A DNA stretch of 64,000 bases, from assembly GCA_030867685.1 (NCBI GenBank), contig JAQOWU010000007.1, positions 1,984,001-2,048,000 of the forward strand. Reading direction: 5' to 3'. The notes beneath the pieces are model-generated. The model did not search any database. It was given only the letters and a program-made list of their open reading frames with translations, and was not told the origin of the DNA. Position numbers and translations under genes: made by a program. The stretch comes from Wickerhamiella versatilis (lineage: Eukaryota). How positions within the stretch are numbered: position 1 is the stretch's first letter; each line of letters begins with the position of its first letter. Shown in pieces: positions 22,435 through 33,216 of this stretch.

Positions 22435-24696
22435 ATGATGGAGAAGTTTGGTTTCGGTGGTAAGCGTGAGCAAGGTGGTCATCATCCTCATCATTTTCCA
22501 CCAGTGCCTCCTGTAACCCTCGAGGTTGTTCAGGCACCCGAGGCCTCCATTGTGCTTGACAATGTGTTGGCGGTTCCTCATGGCACATTCCACGATGGCC
22601 AATATGTTATTGTTGATCGGCAATATGTCTTTACAGCCCGAGTTTCTAGAAGCCTTCCGCCAGGTCGTCTAGGTGCAGGTGGTACGCAGAGAGAGTGGGC
22701 GCGCTGGCCGTCTCAAGGAAAGCAAGTGCTCGTTGAGCCATACGACGTTTTCTCAGGAAACAGCTCTGCCATATACCTGGGTATAATTGAACTGGAAATT
22801 GATTTCTTCTCTCGGAATAACATGACCAGTCAGGAATACCAACAGGGTGAGCTTGTTGCTGAATTTCTGAACAAGTTCCGTGATCAGATTCTAGCCCCGG
22901 GACAAATTATAGTTCTCAAACGTGGCAATGTGAACTTCAAAGTTACTGTGACAAAGACAGAGGTCATGGATTTGCAAGGTGGACCTACGCAATCGCAGCG
23001 TCGCGGTATCTTGCTACCCCAGACAGATGTTGGCTTCGTTAAGTCGCCGAACTCTTTACTCAACCTCCGTGGATCATCACGGGCCCGTACTAATCTCTTC
23101 CAGCCAAACTTTGATTTTAAGAGTATGGGTATAGGTGGTTTGGATAAGCAATTCATGACCATTCTCCGCCGTGCATTCGTCACTCGAATGGCCGCTCCGC
23201 AGGATATAGAGAGGCTCGGTATCACACACATTAAGGGTATGTTACTTTTTGGGCCACCAGGAACTGGTAAGACTCTCATAGCACGACAGATCGGTAAAAT
23301 GTTGAATGCTGTGGAGCCTAAAATTGTGAACGGTCCGGAAATGCTTTCAAAGTATGTGGGTGCATCAGAAGAGAACATTCGTAAGCTTTTCAAAGATGCA
23401 GAGGATGAGTATCGGGCTAAGGGTGATGACTCGAATCTGCATATTATTATCTTCGATGAATTAGATGCTGTGTTCAAACAACGTGGTGGTCGAGGAGACG
23501 GTACTGGTGTCGGAGACAATGTTGTTAATCAACTCCTGTCGAAAATGGATGGTGTAAATCAATTAAACAACATTCTCGTTATCGGAATGACCAATCGTAA
23601 AGATCTGATTGATCAGGCTTTGATGAGGCCAGGGAGATTCGAAATCCAACTTGAAATCCCTCTACCCGATGAAGCAGGTCGTAAGCAGATTTTCGTGATT
23701 CACACGGCCAGGATGTCCCAGGAGGGTATTTTGGGCGCTGATGTCAACTTGGAGGAGCTGGCTTCGCTAACCAAGAATTATTCTGGTGCGGAAATTGCTG
23801 GTGTTGTGCGTGCAGCATCTCAGTATGCCCTCACTCGTAAAACATCGACCAAGGATGGAAAGGTCACCTATGACACAAAGAGGCAGTTGGTCATCACCAG
23901 GGAAGATTTCTTGCGGGCTCTTGACGATGTTCGTCCAGCGTTCGGCGTTAGCGAGGAGCAGTTACAAAGGCTTGTCGATGGTGGTATAGTACCATACTCA
24001 GAGGCAATCCAGCATATTCTGGCAGAAGGCCGACTACTTGTGGAGGCCGTACCATCGCATGATAGGCGACTGATGTCAGCCCTTTACTCTGGACCGTCTG
24101 GATCAGGAAAGACAGCACTTGCTGCCTCTGTGGCATTAGACAGTCAATGGCCATTCGCAAAGATCCTGTCGCCGAATGATATGATAGGTATGCATGACCA
24201 ACAAAAGATTGCGTATATTCAACAGGTGTTCAATGATGCTTATCGCTCGGAGCGTAGTGTGATCTTGATAGATGAAATCGAGTCGATTATTGAATGGTCT
24301 GACGTCGGTCCTAGATTCTCGAATTCTGTCTTCATTGCCCTACGCACGTTGATTCGTGCTCGTCCTTTGTTAGATCATCCACTCCTGGTACTTGCCACTA
24401 CGTCCAGATTGGATATTCTAGAAAAGTTGCAACTTGGTCCCATATTCACGGAAAGATTCTACGTAAATGTGATTCCAACGTTGGACGGGCTTTTCCCTAT
24501 ATTCCAGGCCCGCAACTTCCTCACTGATGAAGAGCAACAACTGGTCCTCTCCACGCTTGCCCGTAATACAGGTGGCCGGCTTGGACTAGGAGTCAAACCA
24601 GTGCTTGATGTCATGACAAGTTGTCTGAAGACTGCAGACCCCGCAAATGCATTTATTCATAAAATAACAGAATTGGTCGATGATGGGCCACTATAA
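22435..24696 (+). CDS. SEC18: Vesicle-fusing AAA ATPase NSF
   Basis: MGIGGLD..F..I.RRAF, GPPGTGKT, IIIFDELDA and second Walker A GPSGSGKT. Confidence 0.96.
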   Translation: MMEKFGFGGKREQGGHHPHHFPPVPPVTLEVVQAPEASIVLDNVLAVPHGTFHDGQYVIVDRQYVFTARVSRSLPPGRLGAGGTQREWARWPSQGKQVLVEPYDVFSGNSSAIYLGIIELEIDFFSRNNMTSQEYQQGELVAEFLNKFRDQILAPGQIIVLKRGNVNFKVTVTKTEVMDLQGGPTQSQRRGILLPQTDVGFVKSPNSLLNLRGSSRARTNLFQPNFDFKSMGIGGLDKQFMTILRRAFVTRMAAPQDIERLGITHIKGMLLFGPPGTGKTLIARQIGKMLNAVEPKIVNGPEMLSKYVGASEENIRKLFKDAEDEYRAKGDDSNLHIIIFDELDAVFKQRGGRGDGTGVGDNVVNQLLSKMDGVNQLNNILVIGMTNRKDLIDQALMRPGRFEIQLEIPLPDEAGRKQIFVIHTARMSQEGILGADVNLEELASLTKNYSGAEIAGVVRAASQYALTRKTSTKDGKVTYDTKRQLVITREDFLRALDDVRPAFGVSEEQLQRLVDGGIVPYSEAIQHILAEGRLLVEAVPSHDRRLMSALYSGPSGSGKTALAASVALDSQWPFAKILSPNDMIGMHDQQKIAYIQQVFNDAYRSERSVILIDEIESIIEWSDVGPRFSNSVFIALRTLIRARPLLDHPLLVLATTSRLDILEKLQLGPIFTERFYVNVIPTLDGLFPIFQARNFLTDEEQQLVLSTLARNTGGRLGLGVKPVLDVMTSCLKTADPANAFIHKITELVDDGPL

Positions 24697-24719
24697 ATAT
24701 GCTAAAGTCCTAAATACTA

Positions 24720-26444
24720 CTAAAGATCAAATTTGGGTGCATCAGCCTCTTGGCGGTGACGCTTCTTGGTTTGAATGAGCTCCTTCCAATCTTGCTGAGT
24801 ATCACTATCTGAGTCCGGTTCTGGGTTTTCAGCCTTGCGGCTAATTGCGCGGCGTTGACGTTTTTCTCTGCGAGTTGCTGAAGTATTTTTTCTTTCTGCG
24901 TTCCCGGACCACGCCACCGCATTGCGCTTTTTCTTTTCCCGGCTGCTCTCATCAGGAACGAAGTTTTGTATTTCCTGTATTTTGCGTTGCCGCGCATCTT
25001 CGCGGCTCTTATCCAAATAGGCGTAGGCATTGAAATCAAACGGTTCTGTAAGCCATCCTTGGTTTGGAGGATCCCTCAGTTCTGGCATCCTCGGAAGCTT
25101 TAACAAGCCAAACGATTTTGCTATCTGGATTAAATCGAGGCTCTCCAGCCTAAATATTGAGGTAGCCGTGTGCTTCATATAAAAGCGCGCAAAGGATACG
25201 AGCGCTTTAACCGCCGAGTCATGACGTGCCCTATCCTCCCTAACGTAGGATTGGACTTTTTCGAGATATTTATTTACGGGCATGTGTGCGGGTGGAACTG
25301 AATATGGTGCAAGGTCTACCTGTCTTACCCTCATGAAGTCCACATATCCCTTCTCAAGATCATCATTAAGAAGTATTACACTAAGGCCATCGCGCCCTGC
25401 GCGAGCAGTCCGTCCTGCGCGGTGAACGAATATATTAGGATCTGCAGGAGCATCTAACTGTAATACAAAATCAACATCCGGGATATCCAGTCCACGTGCG
25501 GCGACGTCTGTAGCTAGGAGAATGCTTCTTTCGGTCGATTCGGTAAATCTTTCCAAGGTCCGCACCCGGGGCTTGTGTTGAAGCTTACCATGTAAAGACC
25601 ACACGTTGTCGGGCAAAAATTGCGAGAACACCTCCCACCACCAAACACAACATTGACAGGTTGGAACATACACCAGCGCTTTGCGAAACACGGTGGTTTC
25701 GAGAAGCGCTAAGGCGGTTGGTATTTTTTCAAGAGGGTTGGTGCAGATATATTTTGTTAGGAGTTTATCTGGCGTGGCATGCGCACTTTTCACGCTAACC
25801 TTTACCGGATTTCTCATTCCTGAACGAACAATTTCTTGTATAATCTCTGAGCCAAGAGTGGCACTGAACAGTCCAACCCGTTTCTGCTTGGGCAATAGCC
25901 CCAGTATTGCACTTACAGTCCTCTCAATCCCCACATCAAGCAAGTGGTCAGCCTCATCCAATACGAGTAGATCTATTGCCGATGTGCGGACGTGCTGATG
26001 TCTTAGCAGATCCAGGAGTCTCCCTGGTGTAGCAACAACAATTGATGGTCTAAAGGCAAGAAACTGCTTGATATCTGCTATATTTGAAGAGTCAGAGCCA
26101 CCAGTTACCAGCTGCGTACGATATAGCTTCGGGTCAGGTGCCAAATCAATCACAGTAGTTAGAACCTTATAGGTCTGTCGTGCAAGCTCACGGGTTGGAG
26201 AAATAATCACCACGTTTGTCTGACCCATCTTCAATTTATCCTCTATACGCCCTAGTCGTATGAGGGCGGGTAAAATAAATGCTAGAGTTTTACCCGAGCC
26301 AGTGACTGCCTCGACAACAACATCCTTATTCCCGCTAAGTAAAGGTATTGTGGATGCTTGTACAGGCGTCATTTCATTAAACCCTAAAGATTTCACAGCC
26401 TCTATCATCCAAGGATGGAGCGGTGGGCCCCATTCTGTGCTCAT
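24720..26444 (-). CDS. SPB4: DEAD-box rRNA helicase Spb4
   Basis: MTPVQASTIP, EAVTGSGKTLAF, DEAD, SAT, HRAGRTAR and LPRMPEL; first ATG in frame is 26444. Confidence 0.92.
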   Translation of the reverse strand: MSTEWGPPLHPWMIEAVKSLGFNEMTPVQASTIPLLSGNKDVVVEAVTGSGKTLAFILPALIRLGRIEDKLKMGQTNVVIISPTRELARQTYKVLTTVIDLAPDPKLYRTQLVTGGSDSSNIADIKQFLAFRPSIVVATPGRLLDLLRHQHVRTSAIDLLVLDEADHLLDVGIERTVSAILGLLPKQKRVGLFSATLGSEIIQEIVRSGMRNPVKVSVKSAHATPDKLLTKYICTNPLEKIPTALALLETTVFRKALVYVPTCQCCVWWWEVFSQFLPDNVWSLHGKLQHKPRVRTLERFTESTERSILLATDVAARGLDIPDVDFVLQLDAPADPNIFVHRAGRTARAGRDGLSVILLNDDLEKGYVDFMRVRQVDLAPYSVPPAHMPVNKYLEKVQSYVREDRARHDSAVKALVSFARFYMKHTATSIFRLESLDLIQIAKSFGLLKLPRMPELRDPPNQGWLTEPFDFNAYAYLDKSREDARQRKIQEIQNFVPDESSREKKKRNAVAWSGNAERKNTSATRREKRQRRAISRKAENPEPDSDSDTQQDWKELIQTKKRHRQEADAPKFDL

Positions 26445-26492
26445 TTTTTGTGGGACCGGATTACTAACAAAAAATAATGTATGTTTCGTAAA

Positions 26493-27689
26493 ATGGCAAC
26501 GAAATATGAAGGCTGGACACGTGAAGCTTTGATCGAAAGGCTGGTTGAGCTTGAAGGTCCCCCGAAACATATACTTTCGTCTCCCCAATCTGTTGACAAT
26601 CCCGGTAAGCGTAAGAAAAAGGAAATGGATTTTTCAAAATATTGTTCAAGGAAAGTCGCGATTAAATTCGCCTATCTTGGATGGAATTACCATGGTCTTG
26701 CCTGGCAAAAGGATGAGAAAACGGCCACAGTTGAAGGCCAAATCATGAAAGCACTGCACAAAACCAGATGTGTTCCGAGTCTGGACCCCCAGTTGTGTGA
26801 ATTTAGCCGCTGCGGACGGACTGATGCCGAGGTCAGCGCAATGGCCCAGGTAATTTCGCTAAGACTCAGATCTAGTCTGAATGAAGATGAACTAGCGAAT
26901 CCAGCAAATGATTCTAGGGAGCTTGACTACTTGAAAATTTTAAATAGCCAGCTACCACCAGACATTCTTGCATATGAGATTTGCTTACGGCCACCCTCTG
27001 AGTTTGACGCTCGGTTTAGCTGCGTCAGTCGTCATTACCGGTACTATTTTAGCGGAAGTGGTCTTGATATCGCCCAGATGAGAATCGCTGCACGAGAGCT
27101 TGTGGGTGTTCACGATTTCCGGAACTTTTGCCGCGTTGATGCATCCAAGCAAATCACCAATTTCAGGCGTGAAATATTGGAGGCTGATATTGTCGGAGTC
27201 GATGGCCAGAAGAACCTGTATTATCTGAATCTTCGAGGAACAGCATTTCTTTGGAATCAGGTCCGCTCAATTATGGCAATCCTTTTCTTGGTTGGTCAAG
27301 GCCAAGAAGATGCTAGCATTGTTACCAAGCTGTTGGATGTTGAAAAAAATCCACGACGACCTGCATATGAGATCGCTTGGGGTGTACCACTAGTTCTGTA
27401 CAATTGTGAATTCAAAGATATACCATGGACCCGCAGAACTTGTGATGTGGACGCGCTCTTCAATTTGCGGTACGATCATGAAACAAAAGTTAATATGGCC
27501 TCAATAATGCTCAATGTCGTCTGCCCAAACTTCATATATCCCGAAACCAATCGTGTGAACACGGGACAGGGAATTGGCCGGCGATCGAAGTACGTCCCAT
27601 TATTTAAACGCGCGCTCTTGGAGCCACCGGAAGTGATTAACCAGAAATGGCTTGAAAAGCAATCACGGAAAGAGGGAAGTCAAGGCTAG
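26493..27689 (+). CDS. DEG1: tRNA pseudouridine 38/39 synthase (TruA family)
   Basis: AIKFAYLGWNYHGLA, SRCGRTD, FDARFSC, HDFRNFC and AFLWNQVR; ATG 26481 or 26493. Confidence 0.92.
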   Translation: MATKYEGWTREALIERLVELEGPPKHILSSPQSVDNPGKRKKKEMDFSKYCSRKVAIKFAYLGWNYHGLAWQKDEKTATVEGQIMKALHKTRCVPSLDPQLCEFSRCGRTDAEVSAMAQVISLRLRSSLNEDELANPANDSRELDYLKILNSQLPPDILAYEICLRPPSEFDARFSCVSRHYRYYFSGSGLDIAQMRIAARELVGVHDFRNFCRVDASKQITNFRREILEADIVGVDGQKNLYYLNLRGTAFLWNQVRSIMAILFLVGQGQEDASIVTKLLDVEKNPRRPAYEIAWGVPLVLYNCEFKDIPWTRRTCDVDALFNLRYDHETKVNMASIMLNVVCPNFIYPETNRVNTGQGIGRRSKYVPLFKRALLEPPEVINQKWLEKQSRKEGSQG

Positions 27690-27929
27690 GCAAAAGTAAA
27701 GCAAAGTAAAGTAAGATTAACACTATCAGAACGACTCTATTCTATGCCTTATGTGCCATTCACCTGAAGGCCTTGGCAAGACCCCTATAACAGCGCTTCG
27801 CTCTGTGCCCAAATCCGATATCCACAGTCGACTACTCAAGAGATTAAGCTATAAAAGACATCTACAAAATGCAAAGTAATTAAAGGAACTTTTATAGATC
27901 GTCGCTAGACATTAAAGGTTCATTGGACA

Positions 27930-28526
27930 TTAAACATAGCAAAGCTGATACATGCTTGGCAACTTTGGATGCTTCTTCTGCCACTCAGTTAAAATATTTA
28001 CCATTTCAGCATCAGGGTCAGTCGAGTCACATATACTACGCGCAAGATCCAGAATGGCCACACCGCCCACAATAGCCTCCTGGTGATTATCCTCGATTTC
28101 AATATTTATAACGTGACACGGGCGGTTAAGTTTGACGCCCTTATGCATAAGATCAAGACATACACCATCAAAGCATCGCTCCTGACAAGTGAACACGACG
28201 TCGAATACGCGATCATGCGTGCTCCATGACTGCGGATGGTCTTTTATGTTTCTGTTGCGATCGAGCATCTGAAGTACTCCGTTTGCCGTGTATAGCTTGC
28301 GATCCCGGCTAAGGAGCTCCTTGAACATCGTATCATACGGTGTCCCGAAGTCGTAGACCGCGGGCTGGTCTATCCTGGGTCCCGGCATGCGCACCTGGGA
28401 GCCAGTGCCAAAACTCGCGACATTAAATCCGTTTTCCTTTAAAACCCGGTGAGCCTCCATGCTACGGTTGTTATTTGAGGCACAGACGGTGCAAAACTGC
28501 AGCAGCTGCTTGTTCTCGTCAGGCAT
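27930..28526 (-). CDS. SSU72: RNA polymerase II CTD phosphatase Ssu72
   Basis: TVCASNNNRSMEAH catalytic motif, SFGTGSQVRMPGP; an upstream in-frame ATG exists at 28706. Confidence 0.93.
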   Translation of the reverse strand: MPDENKQLLQFCTVCASNNNRSMEAHRVLKENGFNVASFGTGSQVRMPGPRIDQPAVYDFGTPYDTMFKELLSRDRKLYTANGVLQMLDRNRNIKDHPQSWSTHDRVFDVVFTCQERCFDGVCLDLMHKGVKLNRPCHVINIEIEDNHQEAIVGGVAILDLARSICDSTDPDAEMVNILTEWQKKHPKLPSMYQLCYV

Positions 28527-29699
28527 CCTAAGTGGACGTGGTTGTTGAGGGACCGTAATGTCAGAAGGAGAGGTGGGGGGCGTCAGCAGACCTCGAAAGA
28601 GACCACGCAGTTTCAGCTTGTTTTTCTTGGTCGGCAACTTGCTTTTTTTTATGAATTGAGGCGTCGCCCAATCAACAATTGTTGGTCTGACAGCCTGTTC
28701 AGTCATTCAATCCGCCGCGTTTCTATAAGCATCAGCTGATTTCTTTTTACATGAGATCCATCACCCAACCCTAATACAGCAGAAAAAAGTGTGTGTGCAC
28801 ATGGTCGCATATTGACACATGATTGGTCAGAGGGATCGCCTGATCAAGTGACGTATGTTATAGATTTTTTTTATGTGGTAGAAGTTCGTATCTGTATTAT
28901 ATTCTTTGAAAATCCTCTTTCTCCCTTTTTTTCAATTGCATAATGATTCTTTAGTTCTTTTATTATCGGATCATATCCTTTTACCCTTGTTGATGATTCT
29001 AATCTGGATATATGGAGATAGGATAGTAGGCTTTCGGTTTCGCGACCTAAAGATACCACGTACGAGGTGAACCAAAAATTCTGAAGTAAATCCAGGCACA
29101 AGGGGAGCTTGGCTTTGTTTGATCAAATCAAGCACTATAGTATCGATGATGAGAAGGAGGGGCGCACAGATAGGATGGGCCAACCATATCATAAGACCAT
29201 CCCATGGTCAGCTCTGCACAATAAGAATGAAAAGGTACAACTACTTTCCGTCTCTTAGGCGCATTCTAGGGGACAAGTTTTGTGCTTAGCCTTCGCTTTG
29301 CGTTGCGAGTATGCGGAGGCTACTGTATAGTGTGGTTCGAGTTCTGTGATTTAAATAGCACACGATTGTGCAGTAATATGTCTACAATATCATTTATGCT
29401 TGCAATTCCTAGTGATTTTAATTCCAGAGGGATAATGGATACTTCTGCATCACGTGATTGCAGAGCGTACATAAATACTTCAAAAAATATATCTCGGTCT
29501 CGAGGCATACAAAAAAAGTCCAGAAATATCAAATATATATATAATGCAGGCTTGTGACTGCTGAAAACGCCGATAAACACATACGCCAGGTGGATCAACC
29601 AGAAAAGATTTGCACTCAAACCCTTGCTGTGCACAGGAATTGCAATATGTGTACAATCATTTCTCAAAAGGCTTTTGATGCTGAAATTAAAGCTGTCTC

Positions 29700-30461
29700 T
29701 CATCTTCGGGCTCGTCTCAACTGACGAAGGTCATTCCATTTTTCGTACTCTGATGCAGATGCTGGCTCTGGTGCTACGGGCTGGCCAATCTCCTGGGCAA
29801 TTCTTGAAAGCTCCAGCCGAGCCTGAGGAGCTGGCGGCGGTATATTAGGAGTGTAGCCAAAATTAGGTACCAGCTTATCAGCGGCCCGCCGCTCACTATT
29901 CGCTTGATACCACTCGCGCGTCTTGTCACTAATTAGCTCCGCGCGCAGGTCGAACTTCTGCCTAAAAAAACTTTGTAGGATTGAAGTCCGCGTCGCATTC
30001 ATTTCTGCTCTAATAGCCGCAAGCTGGTAGTCACGCTGGGCCTGGATCCTGCCTATCCGCTGGTTTTTTGCCGCATTCATGCTGGCCAGGAAACGCTTTA
30101 TTTCTGGATGAATGCCGTTGCTGCACATTTCTATCTCTAAGTCAAAACGAGCGAGCTGTTCGTCGCAAAGTCGATCACGAAATTCGGCGAGCTGAACCTC
30201 AATCTCGGTGAGAGCCTTGATGGCTCGCATGCGCTCATACTCCGAAGACTCATCATTAATTCCATTCTCTTCGGCAGATCCTTCTTCCTCTGCCTCTTCT
30301 TCGGCTTGGAACCGCCGTACTCGCTTCATTGGAGGAGGGGATTCTGTGGCTCCCCGCTTCCGCACCGTTGGTAGATGCTCTGTCTCTGCCTCGGAATTCT
30401 CGCTACTACCATCCTGAATTGGCGTCACCGTCGGCAGAGGCTCAGGGCCCGCTGAAGACAT
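29700..30461 (-). CDS. DEP1: Sds3-like Rpd3L histone deacetylase complex subunit
   Basis: RMRAIKALTEIEVQLAEFRDRLCDEQLARFDLEIEMC..G.HPE matches the Dep1/Sds3-like coiled coil; first ATG 30461. Confidence 0.75.
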   Translation of the reverse strand: MSSAGPEPLPTVTPIQDGSSENSEAETEHLPTVRKRGATESPPPMKRVRRFQAEEEAEEEGSAEENGINDESSEYERMRAIKALTEIEVQLAEFRDRLCDEQLARFDLEIEMCSNGIHPEIKRFLASMNAAKNQRIGRIQAQRDYQLAAIRAEMNATRTSILQSFFRQKFDLRAELISDKTREWYQANSERRAADKLVPNFGYTPNIPPPAPQARLELSRIAQEIGQPVAPEPASASEYEKWNDLRQLRRARR

Positions 30462-30542
30462 TCCCTGGCGACGGTATTTCAATCCCCGGGTGAGTAAGCT
30501 TACGGCGTCGAGCTTCTTGACTGTAATATTTTTATTTGGAGC

Positions 30543-31271
30543 ATGACTACAATAGACCCACATAGTTTAGAAGTGGTCGTTCGAGAGACAGGAGCTCATC
30601 CGGAGGAGTCAATGAATGCCCTCGCAAAAGAGCCGACCATCGGAAGGGCCTCCGCTGTCATACACCAAGAACGCATGCGACGGCGGTCCAAATACATACC
30701 TAAGTTGGCGCCATTATGGGCTAAATTCGCAGGGAGTGGCTCAGATACCATGGACATTGACGGCACAATTTCTTTTATTCAAAGTTTAGGTGTCGCTCTT
30801 GAGGATGAGGTTGTGCTTGCCGTGGCCTACGAGCTTGGGGCCCCTGGTGTGGGCCTCTTCAAGCGTGCCGAGTGGCTCGATGGCTGGGGCAGGCTGGGAT
30901 GCGATTCCCTGGCAAAAATGCAGGCAAAAGTGGCCCAATTGGCCTCGAGGATGAAGGACGATAAACAATACTTTGAGCGGGTATATCGCTTTGTGTTTCG
31001 TTATAATTTGGAAAGAGGACATCGTTTCCTCTCACTGGACACGGCAAAAGCATACTGGGAACTTCTCTTGGTACCCAGATTCCCAGAAATAACACCCGCA
31101 TGGATAAGCTTCATGGACAGCACTGGCAAAGCAGTGTCCAGTGATAATTGGAACATGACTCTACCGTTCCTGGAGTATACAAAAACAGATCCCGGGTTCG
31201 AACGATATGACGAGACCGCTGCCTGGCCAGCGGTCATGGATGATTTTGTCGACAGCGCGCGGGCAGCGTAG
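30543..31271 (+). CDS. DCN1: Defective-in-cullin-neddylation protein (PONY domain)
   Basis: MDIDGTISFIQSLGV, YRFVFRY, AKAYWELLL and YDETAAWPAVMDDFV. Confidence 0.88.
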   Translation: MTTIDPHSLEVVVRETGAHPEESMNALAKEPTIGRASAVIHQERMRRRSKYIPKLAPLWAKFAGSGSDTMDIDGTISFIQSLGVALEDEVVLAVAYELGAPGVGLFKRAEWLDGWGRLGCDSLAKMQAKVAQLASRMKDDKQYFERVYRFVFRYNLERGHRFLSLDTAKAYWELLLVPRFPEITPAWISFMDSTGKAVSSDNWNMTLPFLEYTKTDPGFERYDETAAWPAVMDDFVDSARAA

Positions 31272-31389
31272 TTGATAATAGCTCTCTTCTTACATATACA
31301 TACATATACATATATATTTCCTGAAGTTTACGTCTTAAGCCGGTGACTGCTTGTTGCCCAGGACTCAACAACAATGACTTATAATCTAT

Positions 31390-32574
31390 TTACATCCACT
31401 CCTGTGCACGACCGCGCACGAACTCAAGGATCTTCCATCCCCGGGTTTCCTCATTATCCAGTTGTTCGGGGTCGCGTGTTACCACCATTACATATGTTGA
31501 AAGCAGAATCTGGTCTGGAATACCTGCAGCAACCTCATCGGTCTTAAGTGACTTGTAATAATTTGTCTCCTGAGCACGGCATGACACAACATAAACCGGT
31601 ATGTTAACGGGCTGCAGTATTTTAGCCTGCAGTATGTCAACATTCCGAAGATCCAGCACTCTTCCGGCCGAGTACAACCCTCTATCACGGTAGTCTTTGG
31701 TGAGCTGGTTCCACACATTGTGAGAGGCTTCAGAGAACCACTTTTTAAGTGTTGCGCCATCGCCACGTACGTAGGCGTCCAGGACTTCGGGAAGTATATA
31801 TCCCCGCATTTCCCTCAGAAACGCATCCTGGGTAAATGTTGGGTCCATTTCCCGGAAAGTTCGTGCAACCTGAGCCTGCTCCGTCTCACCAAAGATGCGG
31901 CCAATACCATCTGTTACAGTACGCACTGCCGAAACAAGACCATTGTCAGACTCCTCATATGCAAGTTTAAAGTCCTGCCATTTACGCTTCAAATAGGAAG
32001 GAGTCGCGCTGCTATCTGGCTTAGCAGTCTCATGCACAACTAGAGCCTCTCCTGCATCCTCGTTCTCCTTGACAGGTTTCTGATTGCCGAGTTTTTTCAG
32101 CTCCCGCTCGCGCCGCTTACGACGTTGTTCCTTCGACTCAAACCCACCGTAGCGTATAGAGCCTTCTTCATCTACAGCATCCCGCACAGCATTCCAGGCC
32201 TCGGTATCTCGAATTGGCTGTGAAGCCTTATCCACTGCATCCACCGTTTTAGCCATCGCATCACGGGTAGCCCTAATAGCCGACGAGTTCCACGTCGCTC
32301 CAGCCGCAGAGCCTACTGCCCCCGAGGCTTTACGCAGGTTACGGGAAGTTGCCGACCTCGCTTCCTTGGATTTGTCTAGAGCATCCTTAGCTCTCTTGAA
32401 TGCGGTCGACTCAGAAAGGCGGCCGGTTTCATCCTGAAGGGCCTTTATGTCACTCTGAAGTTCTTTGCTCTTCTTCAGTTCCTTGCGGAATGTATCAAAA
32501 AACACTTGGACTGGAGTCTTTTCCAACCGTTTAGGCGTGAAATGGAAGCTCCTTATTGCCACCCGGGGAATCAT
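31390..32574 (-). CDS. TIM44: Mitochondrial inner membrane translocase subunit Tim44
   Basis: TPVQVFFDTFRKELKKSKELQ, YGGFESKEQRR, YEESDNGLV, YILPEVLDAY and GWKILEFVR. Confidence 0.94.
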   Translation of the reverse strand: MIPRVAIRSFHFTPKRLEKTPVQVFFDTFRKELKKSKELQSDIKALQDETGRLSESTAFKRAKDALDKSKEARSATSRNLRKASGAVGSAAGATWNSSAIRATRDAMAKTVDAVDKASQPIRDTEAWNAVRDAVDEEGSIRYGGFESKEQRRKRRERELKKLGNQKPVKENEDAGEALVVHETAKPDSSATPSYLKRKWQDFKLAYEESDNGLVSAVRTVTDGIGRIFGETEQAQVARTFREMDPTFTQDAFLREMRGYILPEVLDAYVRGDGATLKKWFSEASHNVWNQLTKDYRDRGLYSAGRVLDLRNVDILQAKILQPVNIPVYVVSCRAQETNYYKSLKTDEVAAGIPDQILLSTYVMVVTRDPEQLDNEETRGWKILEFVRGRAQEWM

Positions 32575-33216
32575 CTTTACCGGGGAATGGAGTTTTTCAG
32601 ATGACTAAGTAATAATGACCAGTACCACCTAGCCTGGATCAATTAAACAGAAAAAAGTAATGGCGAAGCGTCTTTATATCTGGATAAGATTCTTATACGA
32701 AAGATTAAGATATACCAAAGTAACATGTGGTTCTAATCCAACTTGCAAATCCACTTATCGTGTATTATCAGCTTTTACAAAAACAAAGCTAGCGAGCCTC
32801 CTTGGCAATGCATAGAGTATTTTTTCTTCTTGGAGGTAGCACACCTGTCTCCTGGACTTCATCCGGGATCTGGCCTTCGTTTGTTCCACAGCCATATGTG
32901 ATTTCATACTAGCAGTATAATATTTCTTCCTAGAGTGCCAATTCCACTCCATATGTCTCAGTCCCGTGCATTTCTTCGGACGTAATAATATCAAATTCAC
33001 CGGTATCCCTGTGTTTGATTTAAATTTTCTAGATTTTGGTTGAGTTAGCTAGCTAGCTAGATGTTCAACTGCCGATTCTGGTGTATTTTACTCTCCTCAT
33101 GTTTTTCTTTTAATAGATTCGAACATCATTGGGGATCAAATCAGTGCTTCTCACTTAGAGCTTCTAATAAAATAAGCCTCTAATGCCAGAGTCGCGTCGA
33201 AAGTTTTCCGTGACTA

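Noticed and set aside
26445-26588. Apparent SPB4/DEG1 coding overlap in the ORF track
   Set aside because: Arises from a non-ATG start call; the first ATG of SPB4 is 26444
28990-29084. Possible box C/D snoRNA (TGATGA...CTGA)
   Set aside because: No terminal stem and only about 9 nt of possible rRNA complementarity by eye; not supportable without a scan
29320-29703. 127-aa ORF whose ATG overlaps the DEP1 stop (ATGA), operon-like
   Set aside because: AT-rich, 3' UTR-like composition and no recognisable domain
31291-31316. TACATA/TATA microsatellite (similar tract at 38821-38848)
   Set aside because: Ordinary yeast 3'-end efficiency-element-like sequence just downstream of stop codons
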